Source: Myxococcales bacterium (GTDB lineage Bacteria; Myxococcota; Myxococcia; Myxococcales; Anaeromyxobacteraceae). Taken from it: a stretch of DNA of 14,446 bases. Position numbers and translations under genes: made by a program. Of this stretch, positions 1 through 8,486 are shown piece after piece. Numbering within the stretch: position 1 is the stretch's first letter; each line of letters opens with the position of its first letter. Location of the stretch: assembly GCA_038320275.1 (NCBI GenBank), contig JBBQEB010000097.1:1-14446 (forward strand), given 5' to 3'. Under the pieces are notes generated by a model that worked only from the letters and a program-made list of their open reading frames with translations, was not told the DNA's origin and did not search any database.

Positions 1-1
1 G

Positions 2-94
2 GTCCTCTCTCCCGAAGAGGCGGACGAGGCGGTCGCGCGCTTCGCCGCCGCCCTCGCCGCCGCCACCCCTGCACCGGTTGCCAGCTCCCTATGA
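2..94 (+). CDS. argD: 3' end of probable acetylornithine aminotransferase (class III PLP aminotransferase), partial
   Basis: The frame from position 2 reads VLSPEEADEAVARFAAALAAATPAPVASSL*. This resembles the C-terminal helix that follows the PPL motif in class III aminotransferases. Its TGA (92-94) overlaps the argF ATG (ATGA coupling). The identity rests mainly on context upstream of argF. Confidence 0.6.
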   Translation, partial: VLSPEEADEAVARFAAALAAATPAPVASSL

Positions 95-1044
95 CCACCA
101 CCACGAACCCGCCGCACCCTCCCAGCACGACCAAGGCGCGCCGGCGCGACTTCCTGCGGCTCACCGACCTCGACCGCACCGAGCTCCTCGACCTCCTCGA
201 GCGCGCCGCCGAATGGAAGCGGCTCGGCAAGGGAGGGCCGCGCCCGCTGGAGTGCATGACGCTGGGTCTCATCTTCGAGAAGGCGTCCACCCGTACCCGC
301 GTCTCGTTCGCGGTCGCCGCGACGCAGCTCGGCGGGGACGCCCTCATGCTCTCCCCCGCGGAGACGCAGCTCGGGCGCGGGGAGCCGCTCAAGGACACCG
401 CCCGCGTGCTGTCGCGCTACCTCGACGCGCTCGTCGTCCGGACGTTCCAGCACGAACGGATCCAGGAGATCGCCCACTGGTCCACCGTGCCGGTGGTCAA
501 CGCGCTCACCGACGCGTCCCACCCGTGCCAGCTCCTCGCCGATCTGCTGACCGTGAAGGAGCGGCTGGGACAGGACGCGCCGGGGCGGTCCGACCTGCAG
601 GTGGCCTGGATCGGCGACGGCAACAACATGGCCAACTCCTGGCTCGAGGCCTGTTGCGTGCTCGGCTTCCACCTTCGGCTCGCTTGCCCCGCAGGCCACG
701 ATCCCGACCCTGCGCTCCTCGCTCGCGCGGGCGCCTTGGCCCAGGTGGTCCGGTCGCCGCAGGAGGCGGCGCGGGGAGCACATGTGGTGAACACCGACGT
801 GTGGGCGAGCATGGGGCAGGAGGCGGAGGCGGAGGCGCGGCGAAGGCAATTCGCGGGCTTCATCGTCGACGCCGAGCTCATGAAGGTCGCCGATCCCGGC
901 GCCGTGGTCCTGCATTGCCTGCCCGCCCACCGAGGCGAGGAGATCTCCGAGGAGGTGCTGGAAGGCCCTCGGTCGGCCGTCTTCGACCAGGCCGAGAACC
1001 GCCTGCACGCGCAGAAGGCTCTCCTCGAGCTCCTGCTGGGGTGA
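91..1044 (+). CDS. argF: Ornithine carbamoyltransferase
   Basis: Carbamoyl-phosphate motif FEKASTRTR, HPCQ, ornithine-binding DVWASMG loop, HCLP and C-terminal QAENRLH; 317 aa. Confidence 0.97.
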   Translation: MTTTTNPPHPPSTTKARRRDFLRLTDLDRTELLDLLERAAEWKRLGKGGPRPLECMTLGLIFEKASTRTRVSFAVAATQLGGDALMLSPAETQLGRGEPLKDTARVLSRYLDALVVRTFQHERIQEIAHWSTVPVVNALTDASHPCQLLADLLTVKERLGQDAPGRSDLQVAWIGDGNNMANSWLEACCVLGFHLRLACPAGHDPDPALLARAGALAQVVRSPQEAARGAHVVNTDVWASMGQEAEAEARRRQFAGFIVDAELMKVADPGAVVLHCLPAHRGEEISEEVLEGPRSAVFDQAENRLHAQKALLELLLG

Positions 1045-1055
1045 AAAGCGCGCCC

Positions 1056-1304
1056 GGGCGCAGCCCCGTTGAAGACCCCGAGGGCGAAGCCCTCCGGCAG
1101 GGACAGCGAGCGAAGCGAGCGTGGGCCCCTGCAAGCAGGGTGGGCCCCCGGTCCAGCTTCGCTGGCCGGGGCGGGGCGCAGCCCCGTTGAAGACCGAGGG
1201 CGAAGCCCTCCGGCAGGGACAGCGAGCGAAGCGAGCGTGGGCCCCTGCGAGCAGGGTGGGCCCCCGGTCCAGCTTCGCTGGCCGGGGCGGGGCGCAGCCC
1301 CGTT
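1056..1304. repeat. Tandem direct repeat of a ~117-bp GC-rich multi-hairpin (REP/MITE-like) unit: two full copies plus a 15-bp partial third copy
   Basis: GGGCGCAGCCCCGTT occurs at 1056, 1174 and 1290. Unit 1 (1056-1173, 118 bp) and unit 2 (1174-1289, 116 bp) differ only by a 2-C indel (GAAGACCCCG vs GAAGACCG) and A1133/G1249. Each unit contains several inverted repeats. Confidence 0.93.
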
Positions 1305-1307
1305 TGA

Positions 1308-1316
1308 TGCTACGCT
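1308..1316 (+). promoter_or_regulatory. Putative extended -10 promoter (TG-C-TACGCT) for the J-domain/Hsp70 module
   Basis: TGnTAnnnT pattern immediately after the repeat and ~30 nt before the proposed GTG at 1348. The same TACGCT hexamer occurs at 9130-9135. No clear -35. Confidence 0.45.
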
Positions 1317-1347
1317 GCGTGCGCGGCCCTCGGAGGGCCCGCTCCAC

Positions 1348-2316
1348 GTGCCTGGCGCCCCCCCCACCCAGAGGAGCTCCGTCTCCTCGCCCCAGGCAAC
1401 CGGGGAGGTCGACCTCACGGCGGAGGAGCAGCGGACGTTGCGCGAGCTCGACGCACGCCTCCCCGGGCTCACGCACTGGGACGTGCTTGGAATCTCCTGG
1501 AACGCGCCCGTGGACGCCGCCCGAGCCGCGTACCTCGACCGGGCTCGGGAGCTCCACCCCGATCGCCATGCCGGAAGGCGGCTCGGCCCGTTCCTCCCCA
1601 TCCTGGAGCGGCTCTTCCGCGCCGCCACCGCGGCGCGCGAGGTTCTCTGCGACGAGGGGCGCCGGGCCACCTACGCCCGGGAGACTGCCCCGCCCGACGA
1701 GCTCTCCCGCGCCGAGTCCGTGCGTCGCTCGGAGGCGGCGCGCTCCGCGGAACGGCGGGCGCGGCTCGCCCGCGCGACCCCGCTCGTCGCCCGTGCCACG
1801 CGCGTGCAGGAGCTCTTGCGGCGGGGCAAGGAGGCCATGGCGGAGGGGCGATTCGGCCAGGCTTCCGCCGACCTCCTCACCGCTGCCGGCCTCGACCCGC
1901 ACCACGCCGAGGCGGGCGCGCTGGCGTCCGAGGCGAAGCGCCGCGCCGGGGGAGAGAGGGCGCGCGACCGCCATCAGGAGGGGCTTCGCGCTGAGGCCGC
2001 GGGCCAGGGTGCCGCAGCCCTCGAGCTGTACCGGGAGGCCCTGGCGGCCGATCCCGCCAACCCGCGCCATGCCATCGCCGCCGCGCGCGCAGCCCTCGGG
2101 CTCGGCCAGCACGCCGAGGCGACCGAGCTTGCGCGGGCAGCCGTGGCGCAGGCGCCGGGCTTCGCGCGCGCGCACGAGGCGCTGGGGGAGGCCCTGACGG
2201 CCGAAGGGCGCACCAAGGAGGCGCTCCGCGCGCTGGAGCGGGCGCTCGAGCTCGATCCCGCGCTGAAAGGCGTCCGGGCGCTGGCGCGGAAGCTGCGCTG
2301 GAGCTTCCTCGGATGA
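1348..2316 (+). CDS. J-domain (class C DnaJ-like) co-chaperone with C-terminal TPR repeats
   Basis: J-domain [12 protein letters not shown]...[14 protein letters not shown]...[14 protein letters not shown] with an intact HPD. Several TPR-like helical pairs follow (e.g. [29 protein letters not shown]). There is no G/F-rich region or zinc finger. Start moved from 1069 to GTG 1348 (GGAGG at 1332-1336) because the longer ORF runs through the repeat. Confidence 0.88.
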   Translation: MPGAPPTQRSSVSSPQATGEVDLTAEEQRTLRELDARLPGLTHWDVLGISWNAPVDAARAAYLDRARELHPDRHAGRRLGPFLPILERLFRAATAAREVLCDEGRRATYARETAPPDELSRAESVRRSEAARSAERRARLARATPLVARATRVQELLRRGKEAMAEGRFGQASADLLTAAGLDPHHAEAGALASEAKRRAGGERARDRHQEGLRAEAAGQGAAALELYREALAADPANPRHAIAAARAALGLGQHAEATELARAAVAQAPGFARAHEALGEALTAEGRTKEALRALERALELDPALKGVRALARKLRWSFLG

Positions 2317-4205
2317 GCGACCTCGACGAACCGGTCATCGGGATCGACCTCGGCACCACCAACTCGGCCGTCGCGGCCGTCCTCGACGGCGCGCCCCGCA
2401 TCATCCCCAGCCGCACCGGACAGGCGCTCACGCCGTCGGTCGTCGCCCTGGCGCGCAATGGCAAACAGCTCGTGGGGCACATCGCGAAGCGGCAGGCGCT
2501 CACCAATCCCGAGGGGACCGTCTTCGCGGCGAAGCGGCTCATCGGCCGCCGCTGGGGGTCGCGCGAGGTGGAGGATGCGCGCAGCGTGCTGCCTTATTCC
2601 CTGGTCGCCGGACCTCAGGGCCAGGACGTGCGGGTGCGACTCGGGGATCGAACGCTCTCCGTCCCCGAGATCTCCGCCCTGGTCCTCGCGGAGCTGCGCG
2701 CCGACGCGGAGGTGTTCTTCGGCCGGAGCGTCTCGCGCGCCGTGATCACCGTGCCCGCCTACTTCAACGACGGGCAGCGCCAGGCCACGAAGGACGCCGG
2801 GCGCATCGCCGGCCTCGAGGTGCTGCGGATCCTGAACGAGCCCACCAGCGCGGCCCTCGCGCACGGCTACGGCAAGACCCTGGAGAAGCGGGTGGTGGTG
2901 TTCGACCTCGGCGGCGGGACCTTCGACGTCTCCGTCCTCGACGTGGCCAAGGGCGTGTACGACGTGGTGGCGGTGGGGGGCGACACCTACCTCGGCGGCG
3001 AGGACTTCGACCGGCGGGTCATCGACTTCCTCTCCGAGGCATTCGCGGCGGAGCACGGCCTCGACCCCCGGGCCGAGCCGATGGCGCTGCAGCGGCTGCG
3101 CGACGCCGCCGAGGCGGCGAGGTGCGCGCTGTCGTCGGTGAACGAGGCAGCGATCCACCTGCCGTTCCTGGTGAACGCGGGGGCGGGACGGCCCGCGCTG
3201 CACCTCGAGACGATCCTCACCCGCAGCAAGCTGGAGGAGCTCACCCGCGACCTGGTGGACCGCTGCCTGGAGACCACCGCTCGCACGCTGCGCGACGCCA
3301 ACGTGAAGCCCGCCCAGGTGGACGAGGTGCTCCTGGTCGGGGGCATGACGCGCATGCCGCGGGTGGGCGCGGCGGTGCGCGCGTTCTTCGGGCGCGAGGG
3401 ATCACGCGGCGTCCACCCGGAGGAGGTGGTGGCGCTCGGCGCCGCGGTGCAGGCGAGCGCGCTCACGAGCCCGCGCCCGACGGAGCGGGAGCTCCTGCTC
3501 CTCGACGTCACGCCACACAACCTCGGCATCATGGTGGTGGGCGGCTGGTTCCAGACCATCATCCCGCGCAACACCACCGTTCCCACCAGCCAGACCCACG
3601 TCTTCACCACCTCCAGGGACGACCAGGCCTCGGTGCGCATCGCCGTGCTCCAGGGCGGCAGCGACAAGGCCTCCGAGAACGAGCCGCTGGGCGAGTTCGT
3701 GCTGAAGGGCATCCGCAAGGCGGCGCGGGGAGCGGTCGAGGTGGAGGTCACCTTCGAGATCAGCGCGGACGGGATCGTGGCCGTCTCCGCGCGCGACCTC
3801 GCCAGCGGGCAGCGGCAGTCCATCCAGGTGACCGCCACCTCCGGCCTCGGCGAGGAAGAGCTGCGACAGATCCTCGACGAGCGCGCGGGCGATCTCCTCG
3901 CCGCGCGGCAGGCCTCGGCGGAGGTGGAGCGGAGGCGGTCCGCGTCCGGGGTGACGGCGGCGGAGATCGAGCAGCTCCTTCCGGCCATGGCGCTCAAGCT
4001 CGAGCGCGCGGGGATCGGCGACGATGCGGTGGTGCAGGCGAGAGCGCTGCTCGGGCGCGCCCGGAGCGCGATCGAGGTGGGGGATGGTGCGGCGCTGGCG
4101 AGCCTGGAGGAGCGCCTCGAACGTACGCTGCAGCTCGCGCGGGGGCTCGCCGGCAGCATCGACGGCGGGGATGGTGGGGGCGGGGATGGCAGGGGAGGCG
4201 GGTGA
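2313..4205 (+). CDS. Hsp70 (DnaK-family) chaperone, specialised paralogue
   Basis: Signatures [43 protein letters not shown] and [19 protein letters not shown] linker; substrate-binding beta domain; divergent lid and Gly-rich tail. ATGA overlap with the J-domain gene. No grpE adjacent. Confidence 0.95.
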   Translation: MSDLDEPVIGIDLGTTNSAVAAVLDGAPRIIPSRTGQALTPSVVALARNGKQLVGHIAKRQALTNPEGTVFAAKRLIGRRWGSREVEDARSVLPYSLVAGPQGQDVRVRLGDRTLSVPEISALVLAELRADAEVFFGRSVSRAVITVPAYFNDGQRQATKDAGRIAGLEVLRILNEPTSAALAHGYGKTLEKRVVVFDLGGGTFDVSVLDVAKGVYDVVAVGGDTYLGGEDFDRRVIDFLSEAFAAEHGLDPRAEPMALQRLRDAAEAARCALSSVNEAAIHLPFLVNAGAGRPALHLETILTRSKLEELTRDLVDRCLETTARTLRDANVKPAQVDEVLLVGGMTRMPRVGAAVRAFFGREGSRGVHPEEVVALGAAVQASALTSPRPTERELLLLDVTPHNLGIMVVGGWFQTIIPRNTTVPTSQTHVFTTSRDDQASVRIAVLQGGSDKASENEPLGEFVLKGIRKAARGAVEVEVTFEISADGIVAVSARDLASGQRQSIQVTATSGLGEEELRQILDERAGDLLAARQASAEVERRRSASGVTAAEIEQLLPAMALKLERAGIGDDAVVQARALLGRARSAIEVGDGAALASLEERLERTLQLARGLAGSIDGGDGGGGDGRGGG

Positions 4206-4984
4206 GCGAGCCCACGCCCGACCTGGTGGAGGATGGGGTCCGGGCCTACGCGCGCGGCGACCTCGCCGCGGCGGAGCGCTCCTGGGCCAGGGCGATCGAG
4301 CTCGATCCTTCGGACGAGCGCGCGCGCGCCTACCTCGACCTCCTCGCACGCGGCGGCGAGGGGGAGCCGGTCCCCGAGCCGGTCCATCTCCCGCAGCCCT
4401 CCCGGCGTGGTCTCCTCCTCTCACCCGCGGTGGAGCCGGCATCCGTGCCCCAGCCCGGGCCGGGGGCGTCGCCCTGGGACGAGGGTCCGTCCCTCACGCC
4501 CACGATCCAGCTCGGCGAAGGCGGCGGCCTCGATCTCGCCGCCGTCGCAGCGGAGCCCGAGCGCGGCGCCCTCCACCAGCGCTCCGGGCCCGAGCTCTTC
4601 CCCCCGCAGCCGGACGACGGTCCCATGCGGCGGGCGTGGGAACGCTTCGCGCTGGGCGACTTCTCCGGGGCCCTGGAGCTCTCCCAGGCCGTCCTCCGCG
4701 AGCACCCCGGGCACGAGGAGGCCGACGCCTGTTCTCGCCGCAGCGAGGCGACGCTCCTCGCCATGTTCGAATCGAAGCTCGGGCCGCCCAGCGGCGTCCC
4801 GCGGCTCGCCATCGGGCCGAAGGAGGTGATGTGGCTCGACCTCGACCACCGCGCCGGCTTCCTCCTCGCCCAGGTGGACGGCACGGTGAGCTACGACGAT
4901 CTCTTCGCGCTCTCCAGCCTGCCGCGGCTGGAGACGGCCCGCATCCTCGCCGCCCTGCTCGCGCAGGGGGTGATCGCGGCGTAG
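4202..4984 (+). CDS. Hypothetical protein: N-terminal TPR, Pro-rich linker, second TPR-like pair, C-terminal winged-helix-like domain
   Basis: GTG at 4202 overlaps the Hsp70 stop (GTGA). N-terminus [34 protein letters not shown] is TPR-like. C-terminus [47 protein letters not shown] resembles a wHTH-like module common in myxobacterial proteins. 260 aa. Confidence 0.8.
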   Translation: MSEPTPDLVEDGVRAYARGDLAAAERSWARAIELDPSDERARAYLDLLARGGEGEPVPEPVHLPQPSRRGLLLSPAVEPASVPQPGPGASPWDEGPSLTPTIQLGEGGGLDLAAVAAEPERGALHQRSGPELFPPQPDDGPMRRAWERFALGDFSGALELSQAVLREHPGHEEADACSRRSEATLLAMFESKLGPPSGVPRLAIGPKEVMWLDLDHRAGFLLAQVDGTVSYDDLFALSSLPRLETARILAALLAQGVIAA

Positions 4985-5018
4985 CGGCGCGGCCGGTTTT
5001 CTGCTAGGTCGCCCGGTC

Positions 5019-6377
5019 ATGCGCCGGATCTACAAATCGCTGCCGCCCCGTGGCAACGCCGTGGGCATCGCCTTCAGCGGCGGGCTCGACACCCGCTGCG
5101 CGGTGGCCTGGCTCGCCGAGCAAGGCATCGTCGTCCACGCCTACACGGCCGACCTGGCGCAGCCGGACGAGGCGAGCCCCGCCGACATCCCGCCCATCGC
5201 GCTCGGGCACGGCGCCGCCAAGGCGCGGCTCGTCGACTGCCGCGAGGCGCTCGTGCGCGAAGGGCTGACCGCGATCCAGTGCGGCGCGTTCCACCTCTCC
5301 TCGGGGGGCAAGAAGTACTTCAACACCACGCCGCTCGGGCGCGCCGTCACGACCACAGCCATCGTGCGCGCCATGCGCGAGGACGGTGTCCACGTCTTCA
5401 GCGACGGGTCCACGCACAAGGGAAACGACATCCAGCGGTTCTACCGGTACGGGCTCCTCGTCGATCCCGAGCTGCGCATCTACAATCCGTGGCTCGACCA
5501 GGCCTTCGTCTCGGCCTTCGGCGGCCGGAAGGAGATGAGCGCGTACCTCGAGCAGCGCGGCCTCCCGTACAAGATGGGCGCGGAGAAGGCCTACTCCACC
5601 GATGCCAACGTGCTCGGCGCGACCCACGAGGCGAAGGATCTGGAGAAGCTCGACTCCAGCATGCGCATCGTGAGCCCGATCATGGGCGTGGCGCACTGGC
5701 GGCCGGAGGTGGCCGTGCAGGCCGAGGAGGTCACCGTGAGCTGGGAGGCTGGCCTTCCGGCGGAGATCGGCGGGCGGCGCTTCGGCTCGCTGTACGAGCT
5801 CTTCCTGGAGGCCAACCGGGTGGGCGGCCGCCACGGGCTCGGCATGAGCGACCAGATCGAGAACCGGGTCATCGACGCCAAGAGCCGCGGGATCTACGAG
5901 GCGCCGGGCATGGCGCTGCTCCACCTCACCTACGAGCGACTCCTCTCCGCCATCCACAACGAGAACACGCTCGACCTCTACGCCTCGCAGGGCCGGAGGC
6001 TCGGGCGGTTCCTGTACGAGGGGCGCTGGTTCGACCCCGAGTCGCTCATGCTGCGCGACGCCCTGACGCGGTGGGTGGCCCCGGCGGTGACCGGCTCGGT
6101 CACAGTGGAGCTGCGGCGCGGCGACGACTGGACGCTCCTCGACACGCGCGCGGCGCACATGAGCTACGGCCCAGAGAAGCTCTCCATGGAGCGGGTGAAG
6201 GAGCCGGCCTTCACGCCGGAGGACCGCATCGGCGCGCTGGAGATGCTGAACCTTCCGGTGGGCGACAACCGAGACCTCCTGCTCCACCACCTCGCCACGC
6301 TCCGCAAGCTCGGCGCCGGGTCGGGGGGGCCCAACCTCGCCAAGCTGCTCGGAGCGGGCGGAGGGGAGGAGGACTGA
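5019..6377 (+). CDS. argG: Argininosuccinate synthase, long (E. coli-like, type 2) form
   Basis: PP-loop [55 protein letters not shown] and [17 protein letters not shown]; 452 aa. Confidence 0.97.
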   Translation: MRRIYKSLPPRGNAVGIAFSGGLDTRCAVAWLAEQGIVVHAYTADLAQPDEASPADIPPIALGHGAAKARLVDCREALVREGLTAIQCGAFHLSSGGKKYFNTTPLGRAVTTTAIVRAMREDGVHVFSDGSTHKGNDIQRFYRYGLLVDPELRIYNPWLDQAFVSAFGGRKEMSAYLEQRGLPYKMGAEKAYSTDANVLGATHEAKDLEKLDSSMRIVSPIMGVAHWRPEVAVQAEEVTVSWEAGLPAEIGGRRFGSLYELFLEANRVGGRHGLGMSDQIENRVIDAKSRGIYEAPGMALLHLTYERLLSAIHNENTLDLYASQGRRLGRFLYEGRWFDPESLMLRDALTRWVAPAVTGSVTVELRRGDDWTLLDTRAAHMSYGPEKLSMERVKEPAFTPEDRIGALEMLNLPVGDNRDLLLHHLATLRKLGAGSGGPNLAKLLGAGGGEED

Positions 6378-6395
6378 AGCCTCCCGCTCCGCCCG
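6355..6395. terminator. Strong hairpin spanning the argG stop codon (possible terminator or 3' stabiliser)
   Basis: CGGGCGGAG-GGGAGG (6355-6369) pairs with CCTCCC-G-CTCCGCCCG (6380-6395), giving a 15-bp stem with one bulge. The 10-nt loop contains the TGA. It lies at a convergent junction and has no U-tract. Confidence 0.45.
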
Positions 6396-6459
6396 AGGGC
6401 CCGCTGACCTCTGCATCGCGCCGTCCACGCGTGACGGGAGAGCCCACCGACGGACGGCC

Positions 6460-6936
6460 TCAGCCGAGGACCACCGCTTTCCAGAGCCCCACCACCACCA
6501 TACGCCCCGAGGCGTGGGTGGTCGTGGAACGGATGGTGAGGAGGTCCATCTTGCCGCGCTGGCCGATGTCGGTGATCTCGCCGGTCGTCTCGAGCACGTC
6601 GCCGGGGCGCACCACCTCGCCGAGCTCGAACGACTGCTCGCCGTGAAGCAGGCGCACGAGGTCGATCCCGAGCGCCGGGTCGGAGCAGGCCTTGGCGAAC
6701 GGCTCCATGGCGAAGCGCACGCAGAAGGTCGGGGGCGCGATGATGGAGCGGTGCCGCGAGGCGCGGCCCGCCTCCTCGTCGACGTGCCAGGGGTGCGGCG
6801 GCTCGGGCGGTGGGGGGGCGAAGACGCGGCCGGGCAGCCCGCCCGCGACCACGTTCGCGAAGTCGCGGATCTCCTCCAGCCCCACCACGTAGCGGTACGG
6901 CCCGTACGTCCGGCCCAGGTTCGCGCGATCGATCAT
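6460..6936 (-). CDS. MaoC/FAS1-dehydratase-like hot-dog protein (HadA-like, probably the non-catalytic subunit)
   Basis: MIDRANLGRTYGPYRYVVGLEEIRDFA...IIAPPTF...LLHGEQSFELGEVVRPGDVL is typical of the MaoC_dehydrat_N family. ATG at 6936 overlaps the upstream stop (ATGA). 158 aa. Confidence 0.85.
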   Translation of the reverse strand: MIDRANLGRTYGPYRYVVGLEEIRDFANVVAGGLPGRVFAPPPPEPPHPWHVDEEAGRASRHRSIIAPPTFCVRFAMEPFAKACSDPALGIDLVRLLHGEQSFELGEVVRPGDVLETTGEITDIGQRGKMDLLTIRSTTTHASGRMVVVGLWKAVVLG

Positions 6937-7346
6937 GGCTGGCCTCCCTCGACCACCGCCTCGGCGGCCGCGTTCTTGAGGACCTCCTCGCCCTTCTCGT
7001 TGGTGGCCTTCACCTCCACCCGGACGCGGTCGCCCTGCAGGGCGACACAGCGGCCCTCGAAGCGCACCGTCTCGCCCACCTGCACCGGGCGGGCGAAGCG
7101 CACCTCGAGCTTCACGATGCGCCCGGGGTCCCCGAAGTAGCGGGAGCAGGCATCGGTGAGCCAGGCCATGGTGCACATGCCCTGGAGGATGGCGCCGGGC
7201 TGGCCCGCGGCGCGCCCGACTTCCGGGTCGATGTGGATGGGATTGAAGTCGCCCGAGGCGGCTGCGTAGTAGATGGGCAGGTATCGGCCACAGGTCCGGG
7301 TGAGCTCGAACGTGTCGCCGACGTGGAACTCCGAGAGGGCCTTCAT
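6933..7346 (-). CDS. MaoC-family (R)-specific enoyl-CoA hydratase / hydroxyacyl dehydratase (HadB-like)
   Basis: Hydratase-2 motif YAAASGDFNPIHID with catalytic Asp/His, GAILQGM and VRFARPVQVGE. Start at 7346 is preferred because GGAGGAGG lies 6 nt upstream and ATGA overlaps the SDR stop; 7352 is an alternative. Confidence 0.9.
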   Translation of the reverse strand: MKALSEFHVGDTFELTRTCGRYLPIYYAAASGDFNPIHIDPEVGRAAGQPGAILQGMCTMAWLTDACSRYFGDPGRIVKLEVRFARPVQVGETVRFEGRCVALQGDRVRVEVKATNEKGEEVLKNAAAEAVVEGGQP

Positions 7347-8479
7347 GCGCATCCTCCTCCGGCCTCGGGCCGGGGATCGAGTGGGTCATCCGCGTCGGGG
7401 CTCATGGCGTGCGGGCGCTGCATGTAGTTGCGCTGCACGAAGTCGGTGAGCCTGTCGAGGTAGTCGGTGATGGGCGGGCAGGAGATGCCGGTGCCGGCGA
7501 GGAGCTCGAGCTGCCGGCGCGGGTTGTAGAGCGCGAGCTGATTCACGAGGCGGATGGCGTTCCTGCGTTCTCGGACCGCCTGCCCCAGGAAGGGCAGCCC
7601 GAGGAAGGCCTCCACCGCACGATGCGACAGCGTGATCGGAGGGAGCTCCTTGCCGGCGCGGGAGGCCACGAGCTCGTACACGCGGCGCGCCGAGAGCGGG
7701 GACGGATCGACGAGGTGGACCGTGCGGCCCACCGCGGCAGGGTTGGCGTCGATGGCGATCGCCGCGTTCACGACGAAGTCCACGGGCACCACGTTGAGCG
7801 GCGCGACCCCGTTGCCGGGGAGCGGCAGCGGGACCGCGACCGGCGAGGCGACGAGCAAGATGGCGAGGTAGTACGGACCGTCGAAGCGGTCGATCTCCCC
7901 CGTGCGCGAGTCCCCCACCACGATGCTGGGTCGGTGGATCGTCGCCGGAACCTCGGCCATCGCCCGCCGCACCAGCAGCTCCGCCTCGTACTTGGACCGC
8001 TCGTAGGCGTCGTGGAAGCGCTGGCCCATCTCCAGCTCGTCCTCCAGGATGACGCCCTGGCGATCCCCCGAGACGTACGCGGTCGAGAAGTGGTCGTAGC
8101 GGCGCAGCCGCCGCGCCGCGCGCGCCAGCTCCAGCGCATTCCGGGTGCCATCGACGTTCACCGCGCGCACCTCGAGCGCCGGGGCGCCCACGTCGTAGAG
8201 CGCCGCCAGGTGCCAGATGCGCGTCACCTCTGCGGTGAGCGACTTCCACTCCGGGCCCGAGAGGCCGAGGTGGATGCGGGTGACGTCACCTTCCATCACC
8301 TCGCCCGGGATCCCCAGCGCGTCCAGCTCGGCCCGAGCAGCCGCGACGTGCCGCGCGCGCGTGAAGAGAACCAGCCGGTCGCGCTCCCGGTGGAGCTTCG
8401 CCGCGAGCGTCCGCACCAGCCGCTTCGCGATGAACCCCGGCCAGCCGGTGACGAGGACCACCTCCGAGCCGTCGGTCAT
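7343..8479 (-). CDS. Extended SDR oxidoreductase (NAD_binding_4 / thioester- or fatty-acyl-CoA-reductase-like)
   Basis: VLVTGWPGFIA nucleotide-binding motif, WHLAA, NVDGT, HFSTAYVSG, catalytic YERSK, HRPSIVVG and NVVPVDFV. Start at ATG 8479, 7 nt after the coaE stop. 378 aa. Confidence 0.88.
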   Translation of the reverse strand: MTDGSEVVLVTGWPGFIAKRLVRTLAAKLHRERDRLVLFTRARHVAAARAELDALGIPGEVMEGDVTRIHLGLSGPEWKSLTAEVTRIWHLAALYDVGAPALEVRAVNVDGTRNALELARAARRLRRYDHFSTAYVSGDRQGVILEDELEMGQRFHDAYERSKYEAELLVRRAMAEVPATIHRPSIVVGDSRTGEIDRFDGPYYLAILLVASPVAVPLPLPGNGVAPLNVVPVDFVVNAAIAIDANPAAVGRTVHLVDPSPLSARRVYELVASRAGKELPPITLSHRAVEAFLGLPFLGQAVRERRNAIRLVNQLALYNPRRQLELLAGTGISCPPITDYLDRLTDFVQRNYMQRPHAMSPDADDPLDPRPEAGGGCA

Positions 8480-8486
8480 GGCGGGC

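Noticed and set aside
1056..1304. Repeat as a CRISPR array
   Set aside because: The sequences between the three 15-bp GGGCGCAGCCCCGTT motifs are near-identical rather than unique spacers, the period is ~117 bp, and there are no cas genes.
1069..1347. 93-aa N-terminal extension of the J-domain protein
   Set aside because: It starts at a TTG inside the repeat and reads the two copies in different frames. A better GTG with an RBS and an upstream -10 exists at 1348.
1974..3203. 409-aa antisense ORF opposite the Hsp70 gene
   Set aside because: Long antisense ORFs opposite dnaK/hsp70 are a known artefact (sometimes misannotated as NAD-specific glutamate dehydrogenase), favoured by codon bias in GC-rich DNA.
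3122..4201. N-terminal 360 aa of the 620-aa ORF 3122..4984
   Set aside because: It is an Arg/Gly/Ala-rich alternative frame over the Hsp70 gene. Only the part from GTG 4202 looks like a real protein.
1045..5018. Chaperone module as a mobile element or defence island
   Set aside because: No integrase or transposase, no matching repeat or target duplication at the right end (4985-5018), and composition looks like the flanking genes.
4985..5018. ArgR (ARG box) operator before argG
   Set aside because: The 34-bp gap has no AT-rich tandem palindrome resembling an ARG box.
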